Source: Verrucomicrobiales bacterium (GTDB taxonomy: Bacteria; Verrucomicrobiota; Verrucomicrobiia; Verrucomicrobiales; V1-33). Taken from it: a DNA stretch of 64,000 bases. The translations under genes and the position numbers were made by a program. The stretch lies in assembly GCA_031411295.1 (NCBI GenBank), contig JANOAV010000035.1:64001-128000 (forward strand), given 5' to 3'. The notes under the pieces were generated by a model. That model was not told the DNA's origin, did no database searches, and saw only the letters and a program-made list of their open reading frames with translations. Below, one piece after another: positions 11,224-19,672 of the stretch (its first letter is position 1; every line of letters starts with the position of its first letter).

Positions 11224-11262
11224 AGTTTTCGTCTTAAAAAATGTTTGTTGGCAAACCCGAAG

Positions 11263-11817
11263 TTAGGCCTGGGGAGCGGCGGCCACGACGACCGAGGCCG
11301 GCCGCAGCAGGCGATCCCTGAGACGATAGCCCCGACGGAGTTGCGTCAGGATCATGCCTTCGGCAGCATCTGCGGTGGGTTGGGAGGAAACGGCCTCGTG
11401 CAGGTTGGGATCGAATTTCTGTCCGACGGTGGGAATTTCATCCACGCCATTTTCTTTCAGGAAATCGGTGATTTGCTTCTGCACCATGGACATGCCCATG
11501 AGCACCGGAGAATTTTCTCCTTCGACGCGCGCGGCCTGCAGGCCGAACTCGAAATTATCAATCACAGGCAGCAAGGTTTCCAGCAGGGAACCATTTGCAT
11601 ACTTGACGGCATCCATGCGCTCCTTGGCGGCCCGCTTCCGGAAATTATCCAACTCCGCGGCAGAACGCAGGGCCAGTTCCTTCCAATGCTGGGCGTCTGC
11701 CTGAGCTTGTTCCAGCGGGCTGAGCGGCGGGCCAGGTTCCGCCCCCTCGTCTGCGATGGGGATTTCAGTAATGGGTTCGAGGTCTTCGAATGGATTGGGT
11801 TCGGTGGCTTGGGACAT
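11263..11817 (-). CDS. grpE: Nucleotide exchange factor GrpE
   Basis: AELDNFRKR, FDPNLHEAV and GYRLRDRLLRPASVVV motifs; start placed at MSQATE. Confidence 0.95.
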   Translation of the reverse strand: MSQATEPNPFEDLEPITEIPIADEGAEPGPPLSPLEQAQADAQHWKELALRSAAELDNFRKRAAKERMDAVKYANGSLLETLLPVIDNFEFGLQAARVEGENSPVLMGMSMVQKQITDFLKENGVDEIPTVGQKFDPNLHEAVSSQPTADAAEGMILTQLRRGYRLRDRLLRPASVVVAAAPQA

Positions 11818-11937
11818 GGTTAAAACAGGAAAATTTGATAGGGGGAGAAATGTAGGGGGACAATTTACCGCATTTTCCAAGGCCGCAAGTGGGCATCCGT
11901 TGCGACAATTTGACGCGATTGGCATGTCTGAAACATC

Positions 11938-12070
11938 CTGAAGTGGGGTCCCGCTAGCTTTAAGTAGTCAGGGGCTTTAGCCCGCAGACATGTCCCGGGC
12001 GGATTCAGACGCCTGATCCACGGGGGAGAGTTCGACGGGCTGAAGCCCGCTGAAGTGGGGTCACGCTGGC
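11938..12070. repeat. REP-like palindrome pair (GTAGTCAGGGGCTTTAGCCC / GGGCTGAAGCCC) between ~21-bp imperfect direct repeats
   Basis: CTGAAGTGGGGTC at 11938-11950 and 12050-12062; GTAG-headed hairpin 11964-11983 and partner 12037-12048. Confidence 0.6.
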
Positions 12071-12071
12071 G

Positions 12072-12099
12072 TTGACAGCGGAGCGGAGTGATTCATGCT
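12072..12099 (+). promoter_or_regulatory. Putative sigma70 promoter, probably leaderless transcript
   Basis: TTGACA-16nt-CATGCT; ATG at 12106 follows 6 nt later. Confidence 0.45.
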
Positions 12100-12105
12100 A
12101 TGGCC

Positions 12106-12921
12106 ATGATTGCGCTCGAAGACTCCTATCAAGATATAATGACTAAGGCCATGCGTGGATACGGCCTCAGCGTGGATGCCGTGGCCAGCCAGGCGGGGCT
12201 GGGGGTGGATGAGGTGAATGCATTTCGCGATGGCGGATTCTCGGCCGCGGTGGCGGAGCGCATTGCGACTGTGCTGAAGCTGCACCCAGCTTCTTTTGTG
12301 GCGGCGGGTGAGGGCGCGTGGCAGCCAGCGGAGGTGGCGGTGCCAGGCGTTTATGCGTTTCGCAATGAGGAGGGGATGGCCCCAAATTTCTTCCTGATTT
12401 TCCATGCGCCCAGTCGAACCACGGTGGCGTTCGACACAGGTGATGATGCTCGGGAAATGTTGGCTGCGATTGAGTCGCTGGGGTGTGGGTTGGCGGCCGT
12501 TTGCCTCACGCACACCCATCGGGATCACATCGCGGCCCTGGGCTCCCTTCAAGCACGCTATCCCCACGCCACCGTTTATATCGGTGAAAAGGAACCGCTG
12601 CCGGCGGCAGAATTAGTGGAGTCCGGGCAGCAATTGGAGATCGGAGGATTGACCATTGAATGCCGCCTGACGCATGGACATTCTGTCGGTGGAATTACCT
12701 ATGTTATCGGCGGGCTGGAGCGGCCGGTGGCGGTGGTAGGTGATGCGATCTTTGCCGGTTCCATGGGGGGCGGGATGGTTTCGTGGGCCGATGCGTTGGC
12801 GACCAATCGGTCGGAAATTTTCACCCTGCCAGAGGCCACGGTGCTCTGCCCGGGGCATGGTCCCATGACGACCGTTGGCGAGGAAAAGCGCCACAATCCG
12901 TTTTACCCTGAGTTTAAATGA
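12106..12921 (+). CDS. MBL-fold metallo-hydrolase (glyoxalase II-like) with N-terminal extension
   Basis: THTHRDH, THGHS, GDAIF and PGHGPMTTVGEEKRHNPF motifs; start could be 12088, 12100 or 12106. Confidence 0.85.
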   Translation: MIALEDSYQDIMTKAMRGYGLSVDAVASQAGLGVDEVNAFRDGGFSAAVAERIATVLKLHPASFVAAGEGAWQPAEVAVPGVYAFRNEEGMAPNFFLIFHAPSRTTVAFDTGDDAREMLAAIESLGCGLAAVCLTHTHRDHIAALGSLQARYPHATVYIGEKEPLPAAELVESGQQLEIGGLTIECRLTHGHSVGGITYVIGGLERPVAVVGDAIFAGSMGGGMVSWADALATNRSEIFTLPEATVLCPGHGPMTTVGEEKRHNPFYPEFK

Positions 12922-12941
12922 GTTTTGCTTAATCTACTGCT

Positions 12942-13829
12942 ATGAAAGAAAAAATTGCCTTCGTTGGAGTCGGTCGCATGGGCGCGAATATGGCGCGTCG
13001 CCTGCATGAAATTGGGTATGCGGTGACTGCAGTTTATGATGTAAACCGTGCGGTGGCGGAAGCGCTGGCCCAGGAGATCGGAGCCACGGCCTGCACCTCG
13101 CTAGGGGCGGTCACGGAGGCCGCTGACGTTATTTTTACGGTAGTGACAAATGATGCGGCCACACGGGCCTTGTTCTTCCCGCAGGAGGATAATTTACTGA
13201 TGCAGGCGCAGGGGAAGACGTTTGTGAATTGCGCCACGCTCTCTCCGGCATTGCACGTGGAGCTGGAAGCAGCCTGCGAGGCGGCTGGAGCCAGCAGCAT
13301 TGAGGGCTGCATGGCCAGCTCGATCACGCAGGCGCGGCAGGGCACGCTGCAGTTAATGATCGGTGGCAAGCGGGAGGTCTTCCACAAAATGGAGCCACTG
13401 TTGCAATCCATGAGCGCGGTGCTGACCTATGTGGGTCCGGCCGGAAAGGCGGCGGAGGTGAAGGCGCTGGTAAATATGGTGATGAACATCAACACCGCAG
13501 CGCTGGCGGAAGGCCTGGGCTTGGGGGCGGCCTTGGGCTTGGATTTGAAGATGCTGTGCGAGGTCTTCGCGGTCACTGGCGCCAACAGTCGGGTCCTGCA
13601 AACGGATGCGGAAGATATGCTAAACCGGGAGCACGACTGTTTCTTCAGCGCAGAACATGCCGCCAAGGACAGTCACATCGCGCTGGATTTGGCCACTGCG
13701 AAAGGCTTGCATTTACCCTTGGCTGCGGCCACCGCCCAGCAGTTCGATCGGATGGTGACCGCGGGGCTAGGACAATTGGACAAGTCGGGCGTGGCGGAAC
13801 TGACGTTCCCGGGCCGCGGTCAGTCGTAG
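12942..13829 (+). CDS. NAD(P)-dependent oxidoreductase, 3-hydroxyisobutyrate dehydrogenase family
   Basis: IAFVGVGRMGANMA Rossmann motif; KALVN and AKD motifs. Confidence 0.88.
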   Translation: MKEKIAFVGVGRMGANMARRLHEIGYAVTAVYDVNRAVAEALAQEIGATACTSLGAVTEAADVIFTVVTNDAATRALFFPQEDNLLMQAQGKTFVNCATLSPALHVELEAACEAAGASSIEGCMASSITQARQGTLQLMIGGKREVFHKMEPLLQSMSAVLTYVGPAGKAAEVKALVNMVMNINTAALAEGLGLGAALGLDLKMLCEVFAVTGANSRVLQTDAEDMLNREHDCFFSAEHAAKDSHIALDLATAKGLHLPLAAATAQQFDRMVTAGLGQLDKSGVAELTFPGRGQS

Positions 13830-13835
13830 GGAACA

Positions 13836-13874
13836 GAAAACCCGATTCCGCGCAGATGGCGAAATCGGGTTCTC
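13836..13874. terminator. Probable bidirectional terminator
   Basis: AACCCGATT...AATCGGGTT stem between convergent genes. Confidence 0.6.
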
Positions 13875-13895
13875 CAGATTTAGCGAGGCGGGGCG

Positions 13896-14264
13896 TTACT
13901 TGCCGAGGGCCTTGGCGATGTATTTGTCAGGATCAGCAGAGAACTTAGCGACACATTTGCGGCAGCAAACACCCACTGTAGCTTTGAACTCGGAAGTGAT
14001 TTTAGGATCGACCTTGCGGGCGCACATCGGGCATTTGCCGTCTTTGGCTTGGAAGGCAGCAATCTTGGTGACTTGGAGCTTCGGGTTCTTGTCGAACTCC
14101 TCTTTACATTTGCTGGTGGCGAAGGTGATGGTCTTCTTGTATTCGACAGGCATGCTGGTGCCCTTGCCGGTAACAGGGCAATCTTTGGTCATTTCAGCCT
14201 GGGCAGAGCCAAAGGCGGTCATGAACGTAACGAGGGCCGTGAAGAGGGAGAGGAGTGATTTCAT
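13896..14264 (-). CDS. Small secreted Cys-rich protein with YHS/TRASH-like motifs
   Basis: Signal peptide ending AQA; CPVTGK...FATSKCKEEFDKNP and CPMC...CCRKCVAKFSADPDKY. Confidence 0.7.
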   Translation of the reverse strand: MKSLLSLFTALVTFMTAFGSAQAEMTKDCPVTGKGTSMPVEYKKTITFATSKCKEEFDKNPKLQVTKIAAFQAKDGKCPMCARKVDPKITSEFKATVGVCCRKCVAKFSADPDKYIAKALGK

Positions 14265-14466
14265 GGGATGGATCTAGCGTTTTGGGTTTAGTTATGAAGC
14301 TTGGGGCACGCCTTGGCGCCTCCTTTAGGAAGCGGCTTGAGCGCACGTTGACTGAATGTGGCTTAGATTTCGCGACTTGCCAATTACTGATTGGCGGAGG
14401 GGAAAAATATTTATTGGGGCCGTCAAAGCGCACCTGCCGCTCGTGGAAATATCTCCCCAACTCCTT

Positions 14467-14494
14467 TTGACAACGGGAAATCGGCTCTTATAAT
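14467..14494 (+). promoter_or_regulatory. Consensus sigma70 promoter of rplY
   Basis: Exact TTGACA-16nt-TATAAT, ~125 nt upstream of the rplY start. Confidence 0.8.
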
Positions 14495-14620
14495 GGCCGC
14501 CCTTCCGCCCTGGCGGAAATCGTATATCCCATACACACCCTGCCCGATGTCCACCTTCCGGTCCCAGCGAATACAGGGGTTCACCTTCGGTTCAACACCC
14601 ATCCAAAACCAAAATATATT

Positions 14621-15304
14621 ATGGCCAAGCCAACCCCACTTACCGCTCACACCCGCAAACGTTCCGGCACTGGTGCCCTCAAGCGTCTGCGTAAAGAAGG
14701 ACTCATCCCCGCCGTCGTTTACGGCAAAGGCCACCCCGCCAAGATGATCCGCCTGGATCGCAAGGCCGTTCTCGCCCTGCTCTCCCGCAGCGTGAGCGAA
14801 CAAATTCTCGTCCAACTTGAAATCGAAGACACCAAGGAAAATCAATTGGCGTTGATCCAGGAAGTGACCCATAACGCGCTGACTGGCGGAATTCTTCACA
14901 TGGACTTCCATGCAGTGAAGGAAAATGAGCCAATGCATGCGCACGTGTCCATCAACCTCGTCGGTGATGCCGCAGGGGTCAAAGCTGGTGGTCTGCTGGA
15001 GTTCCTCCTGCATTCCCTCAACGTCACCTGTTTGCCGCTGGATCTGCCAGAGACCATCGACCTCGACGTCACCAATCTGGGCCTCGGTGGTGCGCTCCAC
15101 GTGAGCGATCTGCAATTGCCCTCAGGGGTGAAGGCGGAAGTTGACGGTCACGTCGTCGTTGCCATCATCGCTGAACTCAAGGGCAACCAAGAGCCTGCCC
15201 CAGCCGCCGATGCCGCCCCTGCGGCCAAGAAAGGTGCCGCCAAGAAAGCCGCCGCTGCTCCTGCTGCTGCCGCCCCAGCCGCCAAAAAGGCCGCCAAGAA
15301 ATAG
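14621..15304 (+). CDS. rplY: 50S ribosomal protein L25/CTC with Ala/Lys-rich tail
   Basis: RLRKEGLIPAVVYG, HMDFH, GVKAGG and LPETIDLDVTNL motifs. Confidence 0.95.
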   Translation: MAKPTPLTAHTRKRSGTGALKRLRKEGLIPAVVYGKGHPAKMIRLDRKAVLALLSRSVSEQILVQLEIEDTKENQLALIQEVTHNALTGGILHMDFHAVKENEPMHAHVSINLVGDAAGVKAGGLLEFLLHSLNVTCLPLDLPETIDLDVTNLGLGGALHVSDLQLPSGVKAEVDGHVVVAIIAELKGNQEPAPAADAAPAAKKGAAKKAAAAPAAAAPAAKKAAKK

Positions 15305-15331
15305 TTCTCACTCGCAGAACCGTTATTTACC

Positions 15332-15368
15332 AACCGCCGCACGGGCCACCGTGCGGCGGTTTTGCTTT
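15332..15368 (+). terminator. Rho-independent terminator after rplY
   Basis: AACCGCCGCACGG-GCCA-CCGTGCGGCGGTT followed by TTGCTTT. Confidence 0.85.
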
Positions 15369-15407
15369 GGCGAATATTCAGTAGCGTAAAGGGATCGCTT
15401 CCAGCAA

Positions 15408-15447
15408 TGGAACGAAGGTGGTAGGAGCCCGTGGAACGGAAGGAGTA
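15408..15447 (+). promoter_or_regulatory. Two 16-bp putative response-regulator sites
   Basis: TGGAACGAAGGTGGTA and TGGAACGGAAGGAGTA, 24 bp apart; right halves match the half-sites at 19636-19651. Confidence 0.45.
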
Positions 15448-15530
15448 TTGCGGGAAACCCACAGCAGATGGAGGATGCCTAACACTCGGAACACCGGTGT
15501 TTCCAGGTTCCATCCTAACTCCTAATCATC

Positions 15531-17396
15531 ATGCACCACCTTGTTAAACTCCTCTGCGCCACCCTCCTGGGTTCCACCCCTTGCCTCGCGTCCACCCTGC
15601 GCGTGTGGATTGAATCCGCGCCCTCACCCGCCGGTCCGTGGACCACGGTGGAGATTGATAAAGCGGCCGTCAACGCGGCCGGACAACTTGTCCTCCCCAA
15701 GCCGACCGCAGGGGCCGGATTCTTCCGCACCGCCATTGATCTGGATCCGCTCGGAGCTCCCGGAACCATCATTCCACTATCCGAAATTCCTGCTAACGTG
15801 CGGGCGATTGCGGAACAGCATCTGTTGGACTGCACCAGTATCACAGACCCCCGCGGCAATCTTCTCCCGAGCCCCTGGGAGGGGGCCGTCATGGCGGAAG
15901 CCCGCCCGGTCTATGACGTCGGCATTGACGGAGGCGCCCTCCCAGCATTTATGGAGCTGAAGATCGTGCGACCGGTGGTGGGCGGTGCCGCCACGCCAGT
16001 CCCGCCCCAGCAGGATGCTGGTTTTATGCTGGTATCGTTGACGACTGGGGAGAAACCCGTGGTGTGCTTCTCGCAGGATGGACGCACGCCATCCGAGGAT
16101 CTGGAATTTGCGGCGGGGCGGCGGGCGACCAAAGTGTTCCGCTATGGTCCTGCCTATTTGGCGGCTGAAGATGCCAGTGGAAATCTAATCCAAGGCCTCG
16201 GCTCCTTGCCGCTGCGGTTGGAATTGGGCAATCTACCCACGGCGGACACGAGTTTCGGTTTCGCGGCCGCCGGCAGCGACGTGGCGTTTAATCCCCAGCC
16301 CGATCCTCCCGGTTTGCCGGTCGCGACTCCTTTCGCAAGCTACGCGGAACTTAAAACATGGTGGCAGACCAACCCGCTGCAAATCCAGTTGCGGAAACGC
16401 CGGGCAGCCTTCGCGCAACTGCGCTGGGATTTGGACGCCGGCCGCATGCCCGCTGTGATCAACTTACATATTGGTGAGACCCGAGCGTTGGTGGACGCGA
16501 CCGAGCATATCGTTAGTTACCGGGTGGATGCGGACACGGAGGCCGAAGGTTTCGTGCGCGTGGTTACCGGAAATGGTGCTGGAGGCGCGGCGGTAACTGG
16601 CATGAGTATCGGTTCAGCTCCGATTTATTTAATTGATGATCACGATCAGGTGAAACCATTCGTCATCGTCGTCGGAGCGGCTCCGGCGTTGGCGAGGAAA
16701 CCAAACAACAGTCCGCTGGTGCCCCTGAATTTCAAACCCGGCTGGCAGCCCATTCAAGAATGGAGCGCGCTGAACTACAGTGCCCAGCCCAGGTGGAAAC
16801 AATTCCAGCTCTCGAAGTATTGCGCCATCGGGAGCGGCTATGTCGGTTGCGGCCCCGTCGCATGGACCATGCTCCTGGGTTGGTTCGAGCACCAAGGCGT
16901 GCCCGCCGCTCTGGGCAATCCACTCAATGTGGATAGCGTTTTGCAGCAGAACACGGTCGTCGTCAATGATACGGCGGATAGCCTGCACACTTTATGCGAT
17001 ACCCATTGTGTGCCCTTCACTGGCGAGGGCGCTACCTTTCCCTGGGACATGGACGGCGGCTTGACTCTGGTCGATACCATCAAACAACAGGGCTTCGTCA
17101 ACTGGAGCGCCAACTTCCAGTGGGAAACGTCTCCAGACAGCTACAACCCATCAGCCAAGACAGGCGTCAATGCGCTCAAAGCCGGCCGCCCTGCCCTGTT
17201 AGGCCTCTGGGGTATGATGCATTATGCGGTGGCTTACAGCTACTGGGAACAACTCTTTCAGATTACGCCCGGAGGCCCTTCCTTCAAGAGCATGCGCTGG
17301 TTCAGTTGCAACATGGGGGGCGGCTCCAAGGGAGGCGCACTCTACCCAGCGGATGACATTTTCTATGGTCTAAACTTGAATCTCACCAAGCAGTAA
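15531..17396 (+). CDS. Secreted protein with C-terminal papain-like (peptidase C10/C39-like) domain
   Basis: Signal peptide; YVGCGPVAWTMLLGW (Cys), HYAVAYSY (His), WFSCNMG (Asn). Confidence 0.6.
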   Translation: MHHLVKLLCATLLGSTPCLASTLRVWIESAPSPAGPWTTVEIDKAAVNAAGQLVLPKPTAGAGFFRTAIDLDPLGAPGTIIPLSEIPANVRAIAEQHLLDCTSITDPRGNLLPSPWEGAVMAEARPVYDVGIDGGALPAFMELKIVRPVVGGAATPVPPQQDAGFMLVSLTTGEKPVVCFSQDGRTPSEDLEFAAGRRATKVFRYGPAYLAAEDASGNLIQGLGSLPLRLELGNLPTADTSFGFAAAGSDVAFNPQPDPPGLPVATPFASYAELKTWWQTNPLQIQLRKRRAAFAQLRWDLDAGRMPAVINLHIGETRALVDATEHIVSYRVDADTEAEGFVRVVTGNGAGGAAVTGMSIGSAPIYLIDDHDQVKPFVIVVGAAPALARKPNNSPLVPLNFKPGWQPIQEWSALNYSAQPRWKQFQLSKYCAIGSGYVGCGPVAWTMLLGWFEHQGVPAALGNPLNVDSVLQQNTVVVNDTADSLHTLCDTHCVPFTGEGATFPWDMDGGLTLVDTIKQQGFVNWSANFQWETSPDSYNPSAKTGVNALKAGRPALLGLWGMMHYAVAYSYWEQLFQITPGGPSFKSMRWFSCNMGGGSKGGALYPADDIFYGLNLNLTKQ

Positions 17397-17434
17397 TCGC
17401 CCCCAGCCTCCCTTGCCATGGTCCAGCCCTGCAA

Positions 17435-18067
17435 CTACTTCGCCAGCAGTTCCAGCGCCCGGACCGTGGCACTGGTGCGGCCTTCGACCCCGAGCTTCTC
17501 GAAGATGTGGTTCGTATGTTTCTTTACTGTGCCCAGGCTGATACCGCAAATGCTGGCAATGTCTCCGTTACTTTTCCCCTGCGCCATCCAGAGCAGGATC
17601 TCCGCCTCCCGCGGAGAGATTCCCAGTTGCTCCAAGGGTCGGGCGTCATCGAAGCAAGGCACAAACGAGCGCTGTTGGGCATGACGCTGCAGGCGACTGC
17701 GCACCGCCTCCAACAGATCCACGCGTGCTACCGGCTTGGCCAGGTAATCATCCGCTCCCAATGCCATTCCCAATCGCAAGTCTGGCATCTCCCCTTTTGC
17801 GGTCAAAAATATAAACGGCACGGCCGCCATGGCGCTGTCTGCGCGCACTTGCTCCAGCACTTGGTAGCCATCCAGCCCCGGCATCATAATGTCGCACAAA
17901 ATCAAATCCGGCTGCATGACCCGCAGCTGTGCCAAGCCTTCCAGGCCGTTCGCAGCACAGCACACGCGGAATCCTTCCAGATCCAGGATTTGTTCCAGGT
18001 TGCGACGCAGGCTCGCGTTGTCTTCAATAAGCAAAATTGTCGTCATGGCTTGAAACGGAGAAATCAT
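17435..18067 (-). CDS. Response regulator, REC + LuxR/NarL-type HTH
   Basis: LLIEDN, CDIMMP, FLTAK, KP motifs; ISPREAEILLWMAQGKSNGDIA...TVKKH. Confidence 0.93.
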   Translation of the reverse strand: MISPFQAMTTILLIEDNASLRRNLEQILDLEGFRVCCAANGLEGLAQLRVMQPDLILCDIMMPGLDGYQVLEQVRADSAMAAVPFIFLTAKGEMPDLRLGMALGADDYLAKPVARVDLLEAVRSRLQRHAQQRSFVPCFDDARPLEQLGISPREAEILLWMAQGKSNGDIASICGISLGTVKKHTNHIFEKLGVEGRTSATVRALELLAK

Positions 18068-19599
18068 GAAATTGCAGGCAGCACCAGGACCGCCGTCGTC
18101 CCCTTCCCTTCCGCACTCTCGAAACTCAGCGTGCCTCCATGCAAGCGGGCGCAGCGTTGCGCAATCGCCAACCCGAGCCCGGATCCCGGCACCTCACCAA
18201 CATTTCCGCAGCGATGAAACGGCACTCCCAGTCGGCTCAACTCCGCTTGGGGAATCCCGATCCCATGATCGCTCACGGTAAATTTAATGGTGTTTGGTGC
18301 TAATTCGACCGCCAGGTTCACTGGTTCTCCTGGAGCGGAATATTTGACCGCGTTGGCGAGCACATTATCCAGCATGCTCTGCAGCAATCCCGCATCCAAG
18401 CTTCGTTCCACCGCGGGCGCATCCACGTTGATCGGGTTCCGCTGGTTGCTTGCAGAACTCACTTGGCGTGCCATCCCCTGACAGAATTCTGCCAGATTAA
18501 TCGGCTTCGGTTCGCACGCCAGACGGCTCGAATCAATTTTTCCCAGCAACAACACCCGCTCAATCATCTCCGTCATATGATGCGTGTTGTGCTTGATCTC
18601 CTCCAGCAACTCGCTGCGGCGTTTCGGTGTGAGTTGCTCCGCATAGGTCTCCAACAATTCTGCGGCCGATAAAATGATCCCCAAGGGCGTGCGAAACTCG
18701 TGCGAGACGCTCTGCGTAAAGAATCGTTGCTGCCGCAACACCTCGCGTTCCGCCGTTAACGCCGCATCCGCCTGCGCTGCCCGGCTGGCCAACATCGCCA
18801 GGCCCAGCAACGGCAACGCGCTCAACCCTGCGGCAATAAACGCCAACCACGGCGTGGGCGGTCCCACATGCCTGCTGAAATTTGGTCCGCGGGAAATGCT
18901 GACCGCCCACTCCAGTCGATCCTCCGCGACCTGCCAACGTTGTGCCCCATTTGCGGCTAGTTCGTTCTCCGCCAACGGAACCGCCGTCAGCACCTGCTTC
19001 CGCACCAACTCCACCGCCTCATCCTGACAAATCGCGTCCAAATCGACCCACCCCACGATGTAACCCCGAATCGGATTCCCCGTCGTCGTGAGGAATACCG
19101 GAGCCAAGATCAGCCATTGGTGTCGATCCAGCAATACCGCATGACTGGCCAATCGCTGCTCCGCCGGGATCGTATCCAGCAACTTGGCCACCCTGAGGTC
19201 ATCGCGTAGATTGCTGCCCAGCTCACGCCCCGCCGAGCGCCCCTCGCTTTTCCACCGCAGAAGCAATTGCTGCGCCACCACCTCCGCATACCCCAAGGCT
19301 GCCAGCGGCCGCACCTGCTTCTGCCATCCCGGAATGGCTGAAGCTAGTTGCCCCCGAGCCAACGCCGCCTCGTTCAGATTCCGGGCTTGCGTGCCCAGAA
19401 CCTCGAGCAGGTAGTCACAACGCCCGGTGCTTTGCCGCAACTGCTGCACCAGCACCTCACTCGTCGTTTCGAAGAGCCGCGCCTCTTTCTCCCTGGCCTC
19501 ATGATACGAAACCCAGGCCACCCAAACCGGCACCGCCGCAAAGACGAGTGCCAGCAGGGCCAGCCATCGAGGTTGCTTGATCCAGCGAAATATTTTCAT
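18064..19599 (-). CDS. Membrane sensor histidine kinase
   Basis: Two TM segments; SHEFRTPL H-box; NAVKYS, DHGIGI and GSGLGL boxes; overlaps the regulator start. Confidence 0.93.
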   Translation of the reverse strand: MKIFRWIKQPRWLALLALVFAAVPVWVAWVSYHEAREKEARLFETTSEVLVQQLRQSTGRCDYLLEVLGTQARNLNEAALARGQLASAIPGWQKQVRPLAALGYAEVVAQQLLLRWKSEGRSAGRELGSNLRDDLRVAKLLDTIPAEQRLASHAVLLDRHQWLILAPVFLTTTGNPIRGYIVGWVDLDAICQDEAVELVRKQVLTAVPLAENELAANGAQRWQVAEDRLEWAVSISRGPNFSRHVGPPTPWLAFIAAGLSALPLLGLAMLASRAAQADAALTAEREVLRQQRFFTQSVSHEFRTPLGIILSAAELLETYAEQLTPKRRSELLEEIKHNTHHMTEMIERVLLLGKIDSSRLACEPKPINLAEFCQGMARQVSSASNQRNPINVDAPAVERSLDAGLLQSMLDNVLANAVKYSAPGEPVNLAVELAPNTIKFTVSDHGIGIPQAELSRLGVPFHRCGNVGEVPGSGLGLAIAQRCARLHGGTLSFESAEGKGTTAVLVLPAIS

Positions 19600-19635
19600 T
19601 GGGACACCCTACACGCTATTTCCCCGCAAAGCCAA

Positions 19636-19651
19636 TACCACCAAGGGAGTA
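19636..19651. promoter_or_regulatory. 7-2-7 inverted repeat (NarL-like) upstream of the HK-RR operon
   Basis: TACCACC-AA-GGGAGTA. Confidence 0.45.
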
Positions 19652-19672
19652 TCCATTTTCACCCGGAGGCAA

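Noticed and set aside
10075..11940. CIRCE or heat-shock operator upstream of grpE-dnaJ
   Set aside because: No TTAGCACTC-N9-GAGTGCTAA-like repeat is visible, and absence of dnaK from the operon is not unusual.
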